Virus record (IMG/VR): IMGVR_UViG_3300047409_000308
Coordinates: 64,001 to 74,418 of that record
Source: a virus
Lineage: Duplodnaviria; Heunggongvirae; Uroviricota; Caudoviricetes
Length of the DNA stretch: 10,418 bases
Direction: 5' to 3' (one strand)
Numbering within the stretch: position 1 is the first letter of the stretch; each line of letters starts with the position of its first letter. Positions 1-7,217 of this stretch are shown in pieces. Below the pieces are notes generated by a model. The model saw only the letters and a program-made list of their open reading frames with translations. It was not told the DNA's origin and did no database searches. The translations under genes were made by a program, and so were the position numbers.

Positions 1-34
1 TTGGCCCAAACATCATCTCATTCGCAAACGGCAT
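1..34 (-). CDS. Possible N-terminus of the gene after portal (MPFANEMMFGP..., runs off the window)
   Basis: ATG at 34, 5 nt after the portal TGA, with GGAGAG upstream; only 11 codons are visible. Confidence 0.3.
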   Translation of the reverse strand, partial: MPFANEMMFGP

Positions 35-39
35 TGTAT

Positions 40-2433
40 TCACTCTCCACGCCTCCCCTGCATCCTTGCCATCTCCACATCGGCATCGATCTGCCGGTGC
101 CCGAGGATCGCATCGTTCACCACCTGTGTTGCCTTCAAGCCCTGCTCCGCCGCCTCGCCTTTGCTGCCCACCAGGATTTGCAGGAGCTTCAGGATGCCGT
201 CCATCTTGTCCTTTGCCTCCTTCCTGTCCACCTCCGCCTGCTTCGTCGCCTGCTCCTGAAGCTGAAGCTGGAGCACCGGGTCCTGCTGCTCCTGGGCGAT
301 CTTCGCGGCCTTGGCTTCTGCCAGGTCCTTGCCGAGCAGTTTTTGACCCGCTTGCGCGATCAGGGGTGAGAGCTTCGCTTCCATGTCAGGCGGCATGGGC
401 TGATCCTCTGGCGGCAAGGATGTGCCTAGCTGCTGCTCCAGGCGCTGCCGGTAGGCATAGCCGACGTGCTCCAGGACGTGTGCGGCAAAGGCTCCCTTGA
501 TGGCCGAAGCCTGTGGAGACTGCCCCACCAACTCCATGATCTTCGGGTCCTGGGCAAAAGCAAGGTGCGTCTGGATGTGGGATTCATGGTCCTGCGTGAG
601 GAAGGCTTTGATCGGCGTCATCTTTATCATCGCCTGGTTTTCCGTCACCGGGTCCCACGGCTTCTTGTCATCTTCGGACGGCACCAGCCGCGCCACGTTC
701 TTGAAGCCCAAGACACCGAGCATGTCGCGGTGCAGGTCAGGCAGGCTGTACAACTGCGGAGCCATCTGCGCCAACTGGATCGCCGACTGGTACTGCACGA
801 TGCGCTGCGCCATCGTCGTGGAGTTGGGGTCCGACACGGGCAAGACATCGATCACATCGGAGTAATCGGCCTTCTTGATTTCACGGCCCCCGCCGTCCAC
901 ATCGTACTCATACTGCTCCGGGGTATTGTCGCGGATAATGGCTCGAAGCAGCGTGAACTCCTCGCGCATCGCCGCATGCACGCGCGATTGGATCGCGGTG
1001 ATGACCTTCAGCGACTTCTCCAGAACTGCCAAGGTCGTGCCCACCGGGGCCTCGGTGTTCATGTCGCCGATCTTCATGTCGGTGATGTTGGCAAGCCGCC
1101 TGCCCTCCTCCACGATGCCCTGTAGCAACTGTAGCAGCGTGGCTGAGGGCTCCTTGTAGGGGAGCGCCATCACGTTGTCCTGTATCCTCCCGCCGGGCAC
1201 ATCCACGTCGCGCCACTCCCCAGGAGAGATCGGCGTGTCCTCCGACTTGATCCTAAGCCCGCGCGTCTTCAGCCCGCCTGGCAGGTTGGACAAAGTGCCT
1301 GCATCGACAAGCTGCCGGAGCAGCGATGTCGCGGTCTTGGCCGAACCGCCGATCAAGTGCAGCCAGCCGTAGCAGTAGAACCCGAATCCGGGCACGAAGG
1401 GGTAATGCACGAAATGCATGCGCTTGCCCATCGTCTTGTCTTCTTCCAGCCAGTTCCTGTAGATCGAGAGCACTTTGCGGTTCGTCTTGTTGATGGTGAC
1501 GCAGTAGGGCCGCTCGATGCCGTCCGCGTCCTCGAAACCGGGCAGGTCGCATTCGACATGCATTTCGTACAGCGGATAGCGGTCATCCTTGATTGGAGAC
1601 TGCTGCGCCACCTTGTTCCGCTTTTTCTCCAAGCTCGTTTCTTCCTGCGTGGGCTCGCCGATTTCGATGTCGCGGTAGAACCCCGCCACCTGGAGTTTCC
1701 TGATTTCGTTCTTGGTCTTTTTCATGACATGGGTATAGCGCGGCGATGAACCGAGGTCAGACACGCCAAAGGGCACCACGAAGTCCTCCGCCGGGACAAA
1801 CATCGCCTTCGGCATGCCGTTCGTGGGATCAACATAGATTTTCTTGAACGCGGACCCGGCAAGGGACAAGCTCCAAAGCAGGCGCTCATGCTCCGAGCGG
1901 TAGTCCTTCATTTTGGCGGTCAACCAGTAGTTCATGTCCTCCTTGACCCTGGCAGCCTGTTCTTCCTTCTGCGGCGTCACCTTGCCCACGATCTGCGTCT
2001 TTACCGGCCCCGCTGCGGGGAAGGTTTCGGTCATCGCCTCCGATTGGAACCGGACTACCGCCTCGGTCAGGATCGGGTGGAACGCGCCACAAGCACCGTC
2101 CCAGGGCTCGGTGCGCTCCTCGATCTTGAGGCCCAGGAGGTCGAGGCCGTCCTTGTACGTTTTCTCCCAGTCCTTGCGCGAGTGCAGGTCGTTGTCGAAG
2201 TCATCCAGCAAGCCAGTCACCAGGGAGTTTAAATCGGCTTCATCCATGGATTCGGCCAAGTTGGCGTAGAAGTCCTCCTGCTCGTTTGCCGCTGGCTTCT
2301 CGCCAAAGTCGAATGTGGTCAGTTCAGGATCGGGCGGTGGAAGAATGTCGATGTCCATCTCGCCATCAGACTCGATGCCGCCTACATCGCCCACGTTGAA
2401 AGGTTGTGCCGCGCGCTCGATTGCCATTGTCAT
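40..2433 (-). CDS. Phage portal protein, P22 gp1-like, with long Q/E/A-rich C-terminal extension
   Basis: 797-aa ORF directly downstream of terL. Segments typical of this portal family include RKDWEKTYKDGLDLLG, EPWDGACGAFHPILTEAVVRFQSEAM, FYCYGWLHLIGG, LRQLVDAGTLSNLPGG and PYKEPSATL. True start is probably the ATG at 2427 (MAIER), which has AGGA 7 nt upstream. Confidence 0.9.
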   Translation of the reverse strand: MTMAIERAAQPFNVGDVGGIESDGEMDIDILPPPDPELTTFDFGEKPAANEQEDFYANLAESMDEADLNSLVTGLLDDFDNDLHSRKDWEKTYKDGLDLLGLKIEERTEPWDGACGAFHPILTEAVVRFQSEAMTETFPAAGPVKTQIVGKVTPQKEEQAARVKEDMNYWLTAKMKDYRSEHERLLWSLSLAGSAFKKIYVDPTNGMPKAMFVPAEDFVVPFGVSDLGSSPRYTHVMKKTKNEIRKLQVAGFYRDIEIGEPTQEETSLEKKRNKVAQQSPIKDDRYPLYEMHVECDLPGFEDADGIERPYCVTINKTNRKVLSIYRNWLEEDKTMGKRMHFVHYPFVPGFGFYCYGWLHLIGGSAKTATSLLRQLVDAGTLSNLPGGLKTRGLRIKSEDTPISPGEWRDVDVPGGRIQDNVMALPYKEPSATLLQLLQGIVEEGRRLANITDMKIGDMNTEAPVGTTLAVLEKSLKVITAIQSRVHAAMREEFTLLRAIIRDNTPEQYEYDVDGGGREIKKADYSDVIDVLPVSDPNSTTMAQRIVQYQSAIQLAQMAPQLYSLPDLHRDMLGVLGFKNVARLVPSEDDKKPWDPVTENQAMIKMTPIKAFLTQDHESHIQTHLAFAQDPKIMELVGQSPQASAIKGAFAAHVLEHVGYAYRQRLEQQLGTSLPPEDQPMPPDMEAKLSPLIAQAGQKLLGKDLAEAKAAKIAQEQQDPVLQLQLQEQATKQAEVDRKEAKDKMDGILKLLQILVGSKGEAAEQGLKATQVVNDAILGHRQIDADVEMARMQGRRGE

Positions 2434-2436
2434 GTC

Positions 2437-4014
2437 CTAATAGTAAGACCGCTTGCGACGGTGGGGGAACTGCTCACGGTCGGCTTCGTCCTCGTCGTTA
2501 TCCAAGCGCAGGAAGCCCCCTTGCCTATATCTGGCAAGGGCTAAAACCGTGGAGTCAACAAGATCGTCATAGTCGCCTGCCGGGAAGGAAGCTACTTCCT
2601 CCACGACTTCTTCGGCCCATTTGCGATCCGGTGCCCAGACAAGTCCACTTCTGAATATATCACTCACCCCATTTAAACGGGCTATCTTGTCGTTCGGGGC
2701 GGATTTACTCCCGCGCACCGGGGTGAAATCGGACACCGGGATGCCCATCTGCCGCAACTCGAAGATCAACGGCTGTCCGCTCGCCTTGGCCTCCACGATG
2801 AAGGCATCGGGCTTCCAGTATTTGTACTGACGGAGCGCCTCCGATTTCAACTCCGGGAAGTCCATGCGTTTGCGGAAGGCGTCGAGCAGGATGATGTTCG
2901 ACTGCGTGAGCGTCTTGCCGCCTTCGTCGAATTCGCGCTGGAAGATGCCCCAGGTGGTGCAGGCGGAGTAATTGGCGTTGGTCTTTTGCGTAAATGCGGT
3001 GTCCCAGGTCTGGATGATGAATTCGATGTTCTCGGGCGGGTCGTTCGATTGCCACACCTTCCACCATTCGCGCTTGACGATGGCTCCTTCCTCGGCGGTT
3101 GGGGTTTGCTGGTACTGCGCATTCCACTTTGCCAGGGGAATGTCCGCTTTAATCGCCAGAAGCTGATCCAGGGGCCAGAATTCGGGCCACAGGGCGTTGC
3201 CAGAGGGCAGGATGGCCGGAAGCTCGATCACTTCCCATTGCCCGTCCAGGCCGTTATTTTCAGGAGTCCAGCCAGCCGCCTTGAGGACTTGCCCACAAAG
3301 GTCTCTTTTTCCCCAGCGGGTAGCCACTATTACCAGGCTCCCATTGGGCTGAAGACGTTGACGCGGGCCAGAGGTGTACCACTCGTAGGTCTGATCGAAA
3401 ATCTCTGGCTTATGCAAGGCCAGTTTGGCCTCTTGCTCAGAGTTCGCGTCATCCAGGATGCACAGGTCGGCCCCGATGCCACTTACTGCGCCGCCCACGC
3501 CGATGGCGTAGTAGGTGCCGCCACGGTTGGTATTCCAGCGCCCTGCGGCCTTGTTGTCGGCTGCGAGGTTGACCCCAGGGAACACCTTCTGGAACTCGTC
3601 CGAGCCGATGAGGTTCCTCACCTTGCGCCCAAAGGACACGGCGAGGTCGGCGGTGTGCGAGGCTTGGATGATTTTCTTGCCAGGATACTTGCCCATAAAC
3701 CACGCGGGCAGGAGATAGGAGGCCATCTCTGACTTCGACATCCGGGGCGCGAGGTTCACAACGAGGCGCTTCAGCTTGCCCTGCGCCACCCGCTCGAACG
3801 CATCGGCCATGACCTTGTGATGCGCGCCCTCGATAAACCCCGGCCACATCTTGCGCACGAACGGCAGGAACTCGGTCCTCGCCTTCTGCTGCTCGGTGGT
3901 CTGCTCGATTTTGTCCAGCAACGCCAGCACCTCCCGCTGCTGGTGCGAGGACAGCAAATGGATATTCTGGAGGTAGGACGCAATCTCCGGAGACTGCTGC
4001 GCCGTGGATTCCAT
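2437..4014 (-). CDS. terL: Terminase large subunit (N-terminal ATPase plus C-terminal RNase H-like nuclease)
   Basis: Walker A-like NLAPRMSKSE, Walker B LCILDD, ATRW coupling-motif region, nuclease acidic motifs IIQTWDTAF, IVEAKASG and DDLVDS; position immediately upstream of portal. Confidence 0.95.
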   Translation of the reverse strand: MESTAQQSPEIASYLQNIHLLSSHQQREVLALLDKIEQTTEQQKARTEFLPFVRKMWPGFIEGAHHKVMADAFERVAQGKLKRLVVNLAPRMSKSEMASYLLPAWFMGKYPGKKIIQASHTADLAVSFGRKVRNLIGSDEFQKVFPGVNLAADNKAAGRWNTNRGGTYYAIGVGGAVSGIGADLCILDDANSEQEAKLALHKPEIFDQTYEWYTSGPRQRLQPNGSLVIVATRWGKRDLCGQVLKAAGWTPENNGLDGQWEVIELPAILPSGNALWPEFWPLDQLLAIKADIPLAKWNAQYQQTPTAEEGAIVKREWWKVWQSNDPPENIEFIIQTWDTAFTQKTNANYSACTTWGIFQREFDEGGKTLTQSNIILLDAFRKRMDFPELKSEALRQYKYWKPDAFIVEAKASGQPLIFELRQMGIPVSDFTPVRGSKSAPNDKIARLNGVSDIFRSGLVWAPDRKWAEEVVEEVASFPAGDYDDLVDSTVLALARYRQGGFLRLDNDEDEADREQFPHRRKRSYY

Positions 4015-4015
4015 G

Positions 4016-4041
4016 ACCGCCTGTGTATGGGAACAGGCGGT
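4016..4041. promoter_or_regulatory. Perfect 9-bp inverted repeat ACCGCCTGT-N8-ACAGGCGGT containing a CTGT-N8-ACAG SOS-box core (4021-4036)
   Basis: Read directly: accgcctgt (4016-4024), gtatggga, acaggcggt (4033-4041). It lies between the predicted -10 element and the terL ATG. Confidence 0.6.
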
Positions 4042-4042
4042 T

Positions 4043-4071
4043 AAATTACGCTGTTATATGTTTTGCGTCAA
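4043..4071 (-). promoter_or_regulatory. Predicted sigma70-type promoter for terL and portal
   Basis: Minus strand TTGACG (4071-4066), 17-nt spacer, TAATTT (4048-4043) in the 61-nt intergenic gap. Confidence 0.55.
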
Positions 4072-4075
4072 TGAG

Positions 4076-4471
4076 TTATATTTTTGAATGCAACACCGCC
4101 CAATCACGCCAAGCAGCCAACAGCGTTCTCAATCCCACCATGTCCATGGGTTTCCAGTCGCCTTCATCCCCGTCAACAAACTCTTTTACCGCATGAACCT
4201 CCATTGTTTCAGCATCGCCCGCCACGCACACCACCGTCAGCACCCGGCCTCGGGTAAGACGCTTGAACATAATCTGCTGTCCTTGCGGCAACTCCATGTC
4301 GCGCTTCCACTCCAGCAATAAACCATTGCCATGCAATTCCACAATGCCATCGACATCACTCATGCCAATCTTTCCTGGCCAGATGTCATCGAATATACCC
4401 AGCTTCAACCGGCATTTGATATTGAAACAGCCGTCAATATCACAGTTCCACCGCATCGAGCGCATGCTCAT
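4076..4471 (-). CDS. Small PD-(D/E)xK (restriction-endonuclease-like fold) protein, 131 aa
   Basis: Motif MSDVDGIVELHGNGLLLEWK gives D..D...E-x-K with alternating hydrophobic strands; its start overlaps the MTase stop (ATGA at 4471-4468). Confidence 0.6.
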   Translation of the reverse strand: MSMRSMRWNCDIDGCFNIKCRLKLGIFDDIWPGKIGMSDVDGIVELHGNGLLLEWKRDMELPQGQQIMFKRLTRGRVLTVVCVAGDAETMEVHAVKEFVDGDEGDWKPMDMVGLRTLLAAWRDWAVLHSKI

Positions 4472-5379
4472 GCCGGAACAAACACCAAGCCGAATTGCTG
4501 AAATTGTTTTTGAAACGTCGCTAGACGCTTGCCGAAATACAGCACAGCCTGCCCCTGCAACGGACTTTTGCTTGCATCGCCATTTGCATCATTAAACTTT
4601 ATGCGCCCCTTAATAAAACAGACGCAAGCACATGATGCCAGCATATCCTGAAACCACACGGTTTCAGTTGCGTTGTTCACCAACACGCACGCCTGCTCAA
4701 TCTCCTTTGCATTATATTTTTCCACCAGCGCAGCGCAAAACTGTTGGCACAACGGCTGGGCATAAGGCGGATTCATCCAAACCCTGCCCTCCCATGGCTG
4801 AAGCAATCCGTCATCTTCCAGGGTAAATATCAGCGCTGCCCGAATTGCCTTGTTAGCCTGCCTGCTTGATGCCGGATCGCAATCGATCCCACCCATGGCA
4901 ATCCTCGCCGCTTCTACATACTGCGACGGTGTGTACCACTCATTTTCTCCGCTATTGTTGGTGACATGCGGACGCAGCATACCAACGGTCGTTACCTTTC
5001 CCACCGAATGTTTTGTCTCCTGTAATGTTTTTTCAAACCTCGCTTCCGGCAATGCCGCCAGTTTCTGCCAGCGCGATGATTGCGTTTTCGTGACCCCTAT
5101 ATCGGCCAATTTCACGGTAGGCGTGTGCGACCGTGATTTTCTGTCTCCGCCACGTCCAGTATCCAACGCACCATTCTTCTTTCCTTGCTCCAACATTTCA
5201 CCGGCGCGGCGCTCGGCTCGCAACCTGATTTCAGTAGCCTGTTCCACAAGCTCCGTATCCTTGGCTTGTTTTGCGTATGCTTCCAACGCCACCGCCTTGT
5301 CCCTGATGTCTTTCACTTCATCAAAGCTATTGGCGGCGCGCAGTGCAGAACGCGCTGCTTCATATCGCACAAGTTCCAT
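4468..5379 (-). CDS. Phage N6-adenine DNA methyltransferase (phage Dam-like family) with helical N-terminal extension
   Basis: NEWYTP, IDCDPAS, VWMNPPY (catalytic motif IV) and FIKGRIKF. Start placed at 5379 (MELVRY) because GGAGG (5391-5387) lies 7 nt upstream; the ORF track start at 5400 has no room for an RBS after the tRNA. Confidence 0.88.
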   Translation of the reverse strand: MELVRYEAARSALRAANSFDEVKDIRDKAVALEAYAKQAKDTELVEQATEIRLRAERRAGEMLEQGKKNGALDTGRGGDRKSRSHTPTVKLADIGVTKTQSSRWQKLAALPEARFEKTLQETKHSVGKVTTVGMLRPHVTNNSGENEWYTPSQYVEAARIAMGGIDCDPASSRQANKAIRAALIFTLEDDGLLQPWEGRVWMNPPYAQPLCQQFCAALVEKYNAKEIEQACVLVNNATETVWFQDMLASCACVCFIKGRIKFNDANGDASKSPLQGQAVLYFGKRLATFQKQFQQFGLVFVPA

Positions 5380-5404
5380 TGTGTTGCCTCCGACCATCAT
5401 GATT

Positions 5405-5480
5405 TGGTGCTACAGGATGGCATCGAACCACCATCGTCTTTCTTACGAGGAAAGCGCTCTACCCATTAAGCTACTGTAGC
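5405..5480 (-). tRNA. trnT: tRNA-Thr(CGT), 76 nt, with encoded CCA
   Basis: Minus strand folds as acceptor GCTACAG/CTGTAGC, D-arm GCTT..GAGC, anticodon stem CTTTC/GAAAG with loop CT-CGT-AA, T-arm GGTGG-TTCGATG-CCATC, then A73 and CCA. G1-C72, C2-G71 and G35/U36 fit Thr identity, and the A15-U48 pair is consistent. Confidence 0.95.
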
Positions 5481-5483
5481 CAT

Positions 5484-5822
5484 TTATTGCATTTTTCCGA
5501 ATCCAAGCCCGTGTTCCGCCTTGAACGCATCGACGAACTTGCGCAGTTCCTTGTCGATCAGGTCCATCCGATGCAGGTCCTTCATGGTGGGCTCCGCGCC
5601 TGGCTCCAGGATGCTCATGATGCTGGCGAATAGATGATGCGCGCCAGCGAAGAATGCAATCCGCATGTCATCGAGTTGAACCTGCGACGCACCTTTTGGC
5701 ACTGCGGCCATGCGCAAGGCGACCCATCCGGCTTCGATCAGCATGCCTTCATCGGTGAGCTTGCGCGCCAGTTGTTCCAGCATCTCCTTCCCCAATTCAG
5801 CGCTATTTGCGTTTGCGTTCAT
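5484..5822 (-). CDS. Hypothetical alpha-helical phage protein, 112 aa
   Basis: AGGAG 7 nt upstream of ATG; in operon register; stop lies 3 nt before the tRNA. Confidence 0.75.
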   Translation of the reverse strand: MNANANSAELGKEMLEQLARKLTDEGMLIEAGWVALRMAAVPKGASQVQLDDMRIAFFAGAHHLFASIMSILEPGAEPTMKDLHRMDLIDKELRKFVDAFKAEHGLGFGKMQ

Positions 5823-6123
5823 CTGCCTTCTCCTGCAACGCCGCTTTTTCTTCCTTCAGCCATTTCTCGATGACGGACACCGAGGTCGCTGCAATCTCGC
5901 TGCCCTTGACGGCCTTCGCCGCTTCAATCACACCTGCACCACCAGCGATGAACATGGCATCCTTCCTGGTCGGGGTGCAGGCTGTGCCTATCATGCCGAC
6001 CGCAAAACAGACTGCCCATAGCGCACGGTAAGGTTTGTATTTCGGCAGCATGTCCTCATCGCCCCACATTACCATTGCCACAAACAGCGCAATCAACAGC
6101 ACAATAAAGCAAAGCACAATCAT
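5803..6123 (-). CDS. Hypothetical membrane protein (two hydrophobic segments); frame stays open upstream to an ACG at 6189
   Basis: Hydrophobic runs IVLCFIVLLIALFVAMVMW and ALWAVCFAVGMIG. The in-frame upstream extension (T)DYIFWLYPATRLDAIHGLFVA is bounded by a TGA at 6201-6199. Confidence 0.75.
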   Translation of the reverse strand: MIVLCFIVLLIALFVAMVMWGDEDMLPKYKPYRALWAVCFAVGMIGTACTPTRKDAMFIAGGAGVIEAAKAVKGSEIAATSVSVIEKWLKEEKAALQEKADERKRK

Positions 6124-6176
6124 GGCAACGAACAGGCCATGGATCGCATCGAGCCTCGTTGCCGGGTACAGCCAGA

Positions 6177-6204
6177 AAATGTAGTCCGTCAGCCTCCTTC
6201 AGTC
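6177..6204. repeat. 28-bp direct repeat, copy A (AAATGTAGTCCGTCAGCCTCCTTCAGTC)
   Basis: 26 of 28 bases identical to 6548-6575, compared by eye. Confidence 0.9.
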
Positions 6205-6482
6205 AGCAGTTTTATTGTCCAGGCAAGTAGTTTCGTATCGTCGATGTTGTAGAGGGCGTAGAACGGCTTGCGGTGCATCGTGTGCAACAGGCTGTGGCAC
6301 GCCTTGCACAGCGGCACCGTAGCCCATGCCGAATGCTCGCCACGATACGCTTCAAGGTGGTGAGCCTCGGCTGCGTTCACACGCTCGCCCTTGCAGTTAA
6401 GACAAATGACACATGGCAAGGCATGAATCCGTGCCAGATGCCGCTCGGCTGGCTTGGGCCAGATTTGATATTTAAGCGCCAC
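6189..6482 (-). CDS. Small Zn-binding HNH-family nuclease, P1 Ref/DUF968-like
   Basis: LPCVIC (CxxC), EAHH and VPLCKACH motifs; GTG start with GGTGA 9 nt upstream. Confidence 0.72.
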   Translation of the reverse strand: MALKYQIWPKPAERHLARIHALPCVICLNCKGERVNAAEAHHLEAYRGEHSAWATVPLCKACHSLLHTMHRKPFYALYNIDDTKLLAWTIKLLTEGG

Positions 6483-6491
6483 GCCTGCTTT

Positions 6492-6560
6492 TCACCGTTC
6501 AGACAGGACTTCGCTGCGGGCCTGCTCATAGGCTGCCTGCACCGAATAAATGTAGTCCAT
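6492..6560 (-). CDS. 22-aa sORF MDYIYSVQAAYEQARSEVLSER, in frame with the HNH gene
   Basis: AAGGAG-ACTG-ATG inside repeat copy B; TGA at 6494-6492; too short for the ORF track. Confidence 0.4.
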   Translation of the reverse strand: MDYIYSVQAAYEQARSEVLSER

Positions 6561-6575
6561 CAGTCTCCTTCAGTC
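6548..6575. repeat. 28-bp direct repeat, copy B (AAATGTAGTCCATCAGTCTCCTTCAGTC)
   Basis: Starts right after the TAA of the HTH gene on the minus strand and contains RBS, ATG and the first codons. Confidence 0.9.
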
Positions 6576-6779
6576 TTAGGGAAGCAATTCATACTCCACC
6601 ACGCGGCGCAAACCCAGGCGGCGCAGCTTGTCCTTATCCGGGTTCACTTTTTCCCCTGAGCGCAGGCGCGATAAATAGCCCGCATCGATTTGCGTTACGC
6701 GGGCCACGGCACGCAGACTGCCATGCTCGGCGACAAGATGATCGATGCGCTTTGCCAGGGTCAATCGGGCGCTCATCAC
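6576..6779 (-). CDS. XRE/Cro-like helix-turn-helix protein, 67 aa
   Basis: SLRAVARVTQIDAGYLSRLRSGEKVNP fits the XRE HTH pattern. Confidence 0.8.
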   Translation of the reverse strand: MMSARLTLAKRIDHLVAEHGSLRAVARVTQIDAGYLSRLRSGEKVNPDKDKLRRLGLRRVVEYELLP

Positions 6780-7214
6780 CTACAGCCAATCTCCCTTGAG
6801 TCCTATTACGGTGGGCTGGGTGGTCTGCCCATAGGTCTTGAGCAGTGTCTCCAATCGATTACACAGGTACAGATACGTCTTGGGGCATTGCCGCCCCATG
6901 CGTCCCAGGCCAGCGCCAAGCCCTGATGCCGGGATCACCACCGCCCCACCCATCGCCAGATGACGCTCCACCGGCCAGAAATCCCCGTCGATCTTGGCTT
7001 CATTCTGCTCATACTCGCGGTCGGTCCAGAAGGCGTCCGGACTCATGGCGGGCAGCTTTTTCACGCGGATACCGCGTGCATTGAGTTCACCTCTCATGGC
7101 CTTCGCCTGACCACCAAGACCTATCCTTGCGTCGTTATCACCGAAGAGGAACAGCACCGCCGGGTTGGCCCGGACAATGCCGCGCGTGATGTTTTCCATG
7201 CGCAGGATTTTCAC
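6780..7214 (-). CDS. Phage protein with probable macrodomain-like fold, 144 aa
   Basis: LFLFGDN..IGLGGQAKAMRG and VVIPASGLGAGLG resemble the two Gly-rich ADP-ribose-binding loops of macrodomains. The fold assignment is inference. Confidence 0.5.
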   Translation of the reverse strand: MKILRMENITRGIVRANPAVLFLFGDNDARIGLGGQAKAMRGELNARGIRVKKLPAMSPDAFWTDREYEQNEAKIDGDFWPVERHLAMGGAVVIPASGLGAGLGRMGRQCPKTYLYLCNRLETLLKTYGQTTQPTVIGLKGDWL

Positions 7215-7217
7215 ATC

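Noticed and set aside
3733-3762. Non-canonical TerL Walker A (APRMSKSE)
   Set aside because: Lys and Ser are retained, and similar P-R-x-x-K-S-E variants are usual in this terminase group; not evidence of inactivation.
1-3847. Many 60-250 aa ORFs on the plus strand and in alternate minus frames over portal and terL
   Set aside because: They are antisense or out-of-frame shadows of GC-rich genes, with no motifs and complete overlap with strong calls.
4015-5480. MTase-nuclease module as an island integrated at the tRNA 3' end
   Set aside because: I found no duplicated tRNA 3' end (TGGTGCTACAGG) at the other side and no integrase in the window.
5405-6189. tRNA with CGT anticodon acting as an initiator for the ACG start at 6189
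   Set aside because: The tRNA lacks initiator hallmarks (no 1:72 mismatch, no three consecutive G-C pairs in the anticodon stem); treated as coincidence.
6492-6494. Alternative genetic code (TGA reassigned)
   Set aside because: TGA ends portal, MTase, HNH and the LexA-like gene at sensible positions, and the long genes are uninterrupted in code 11.
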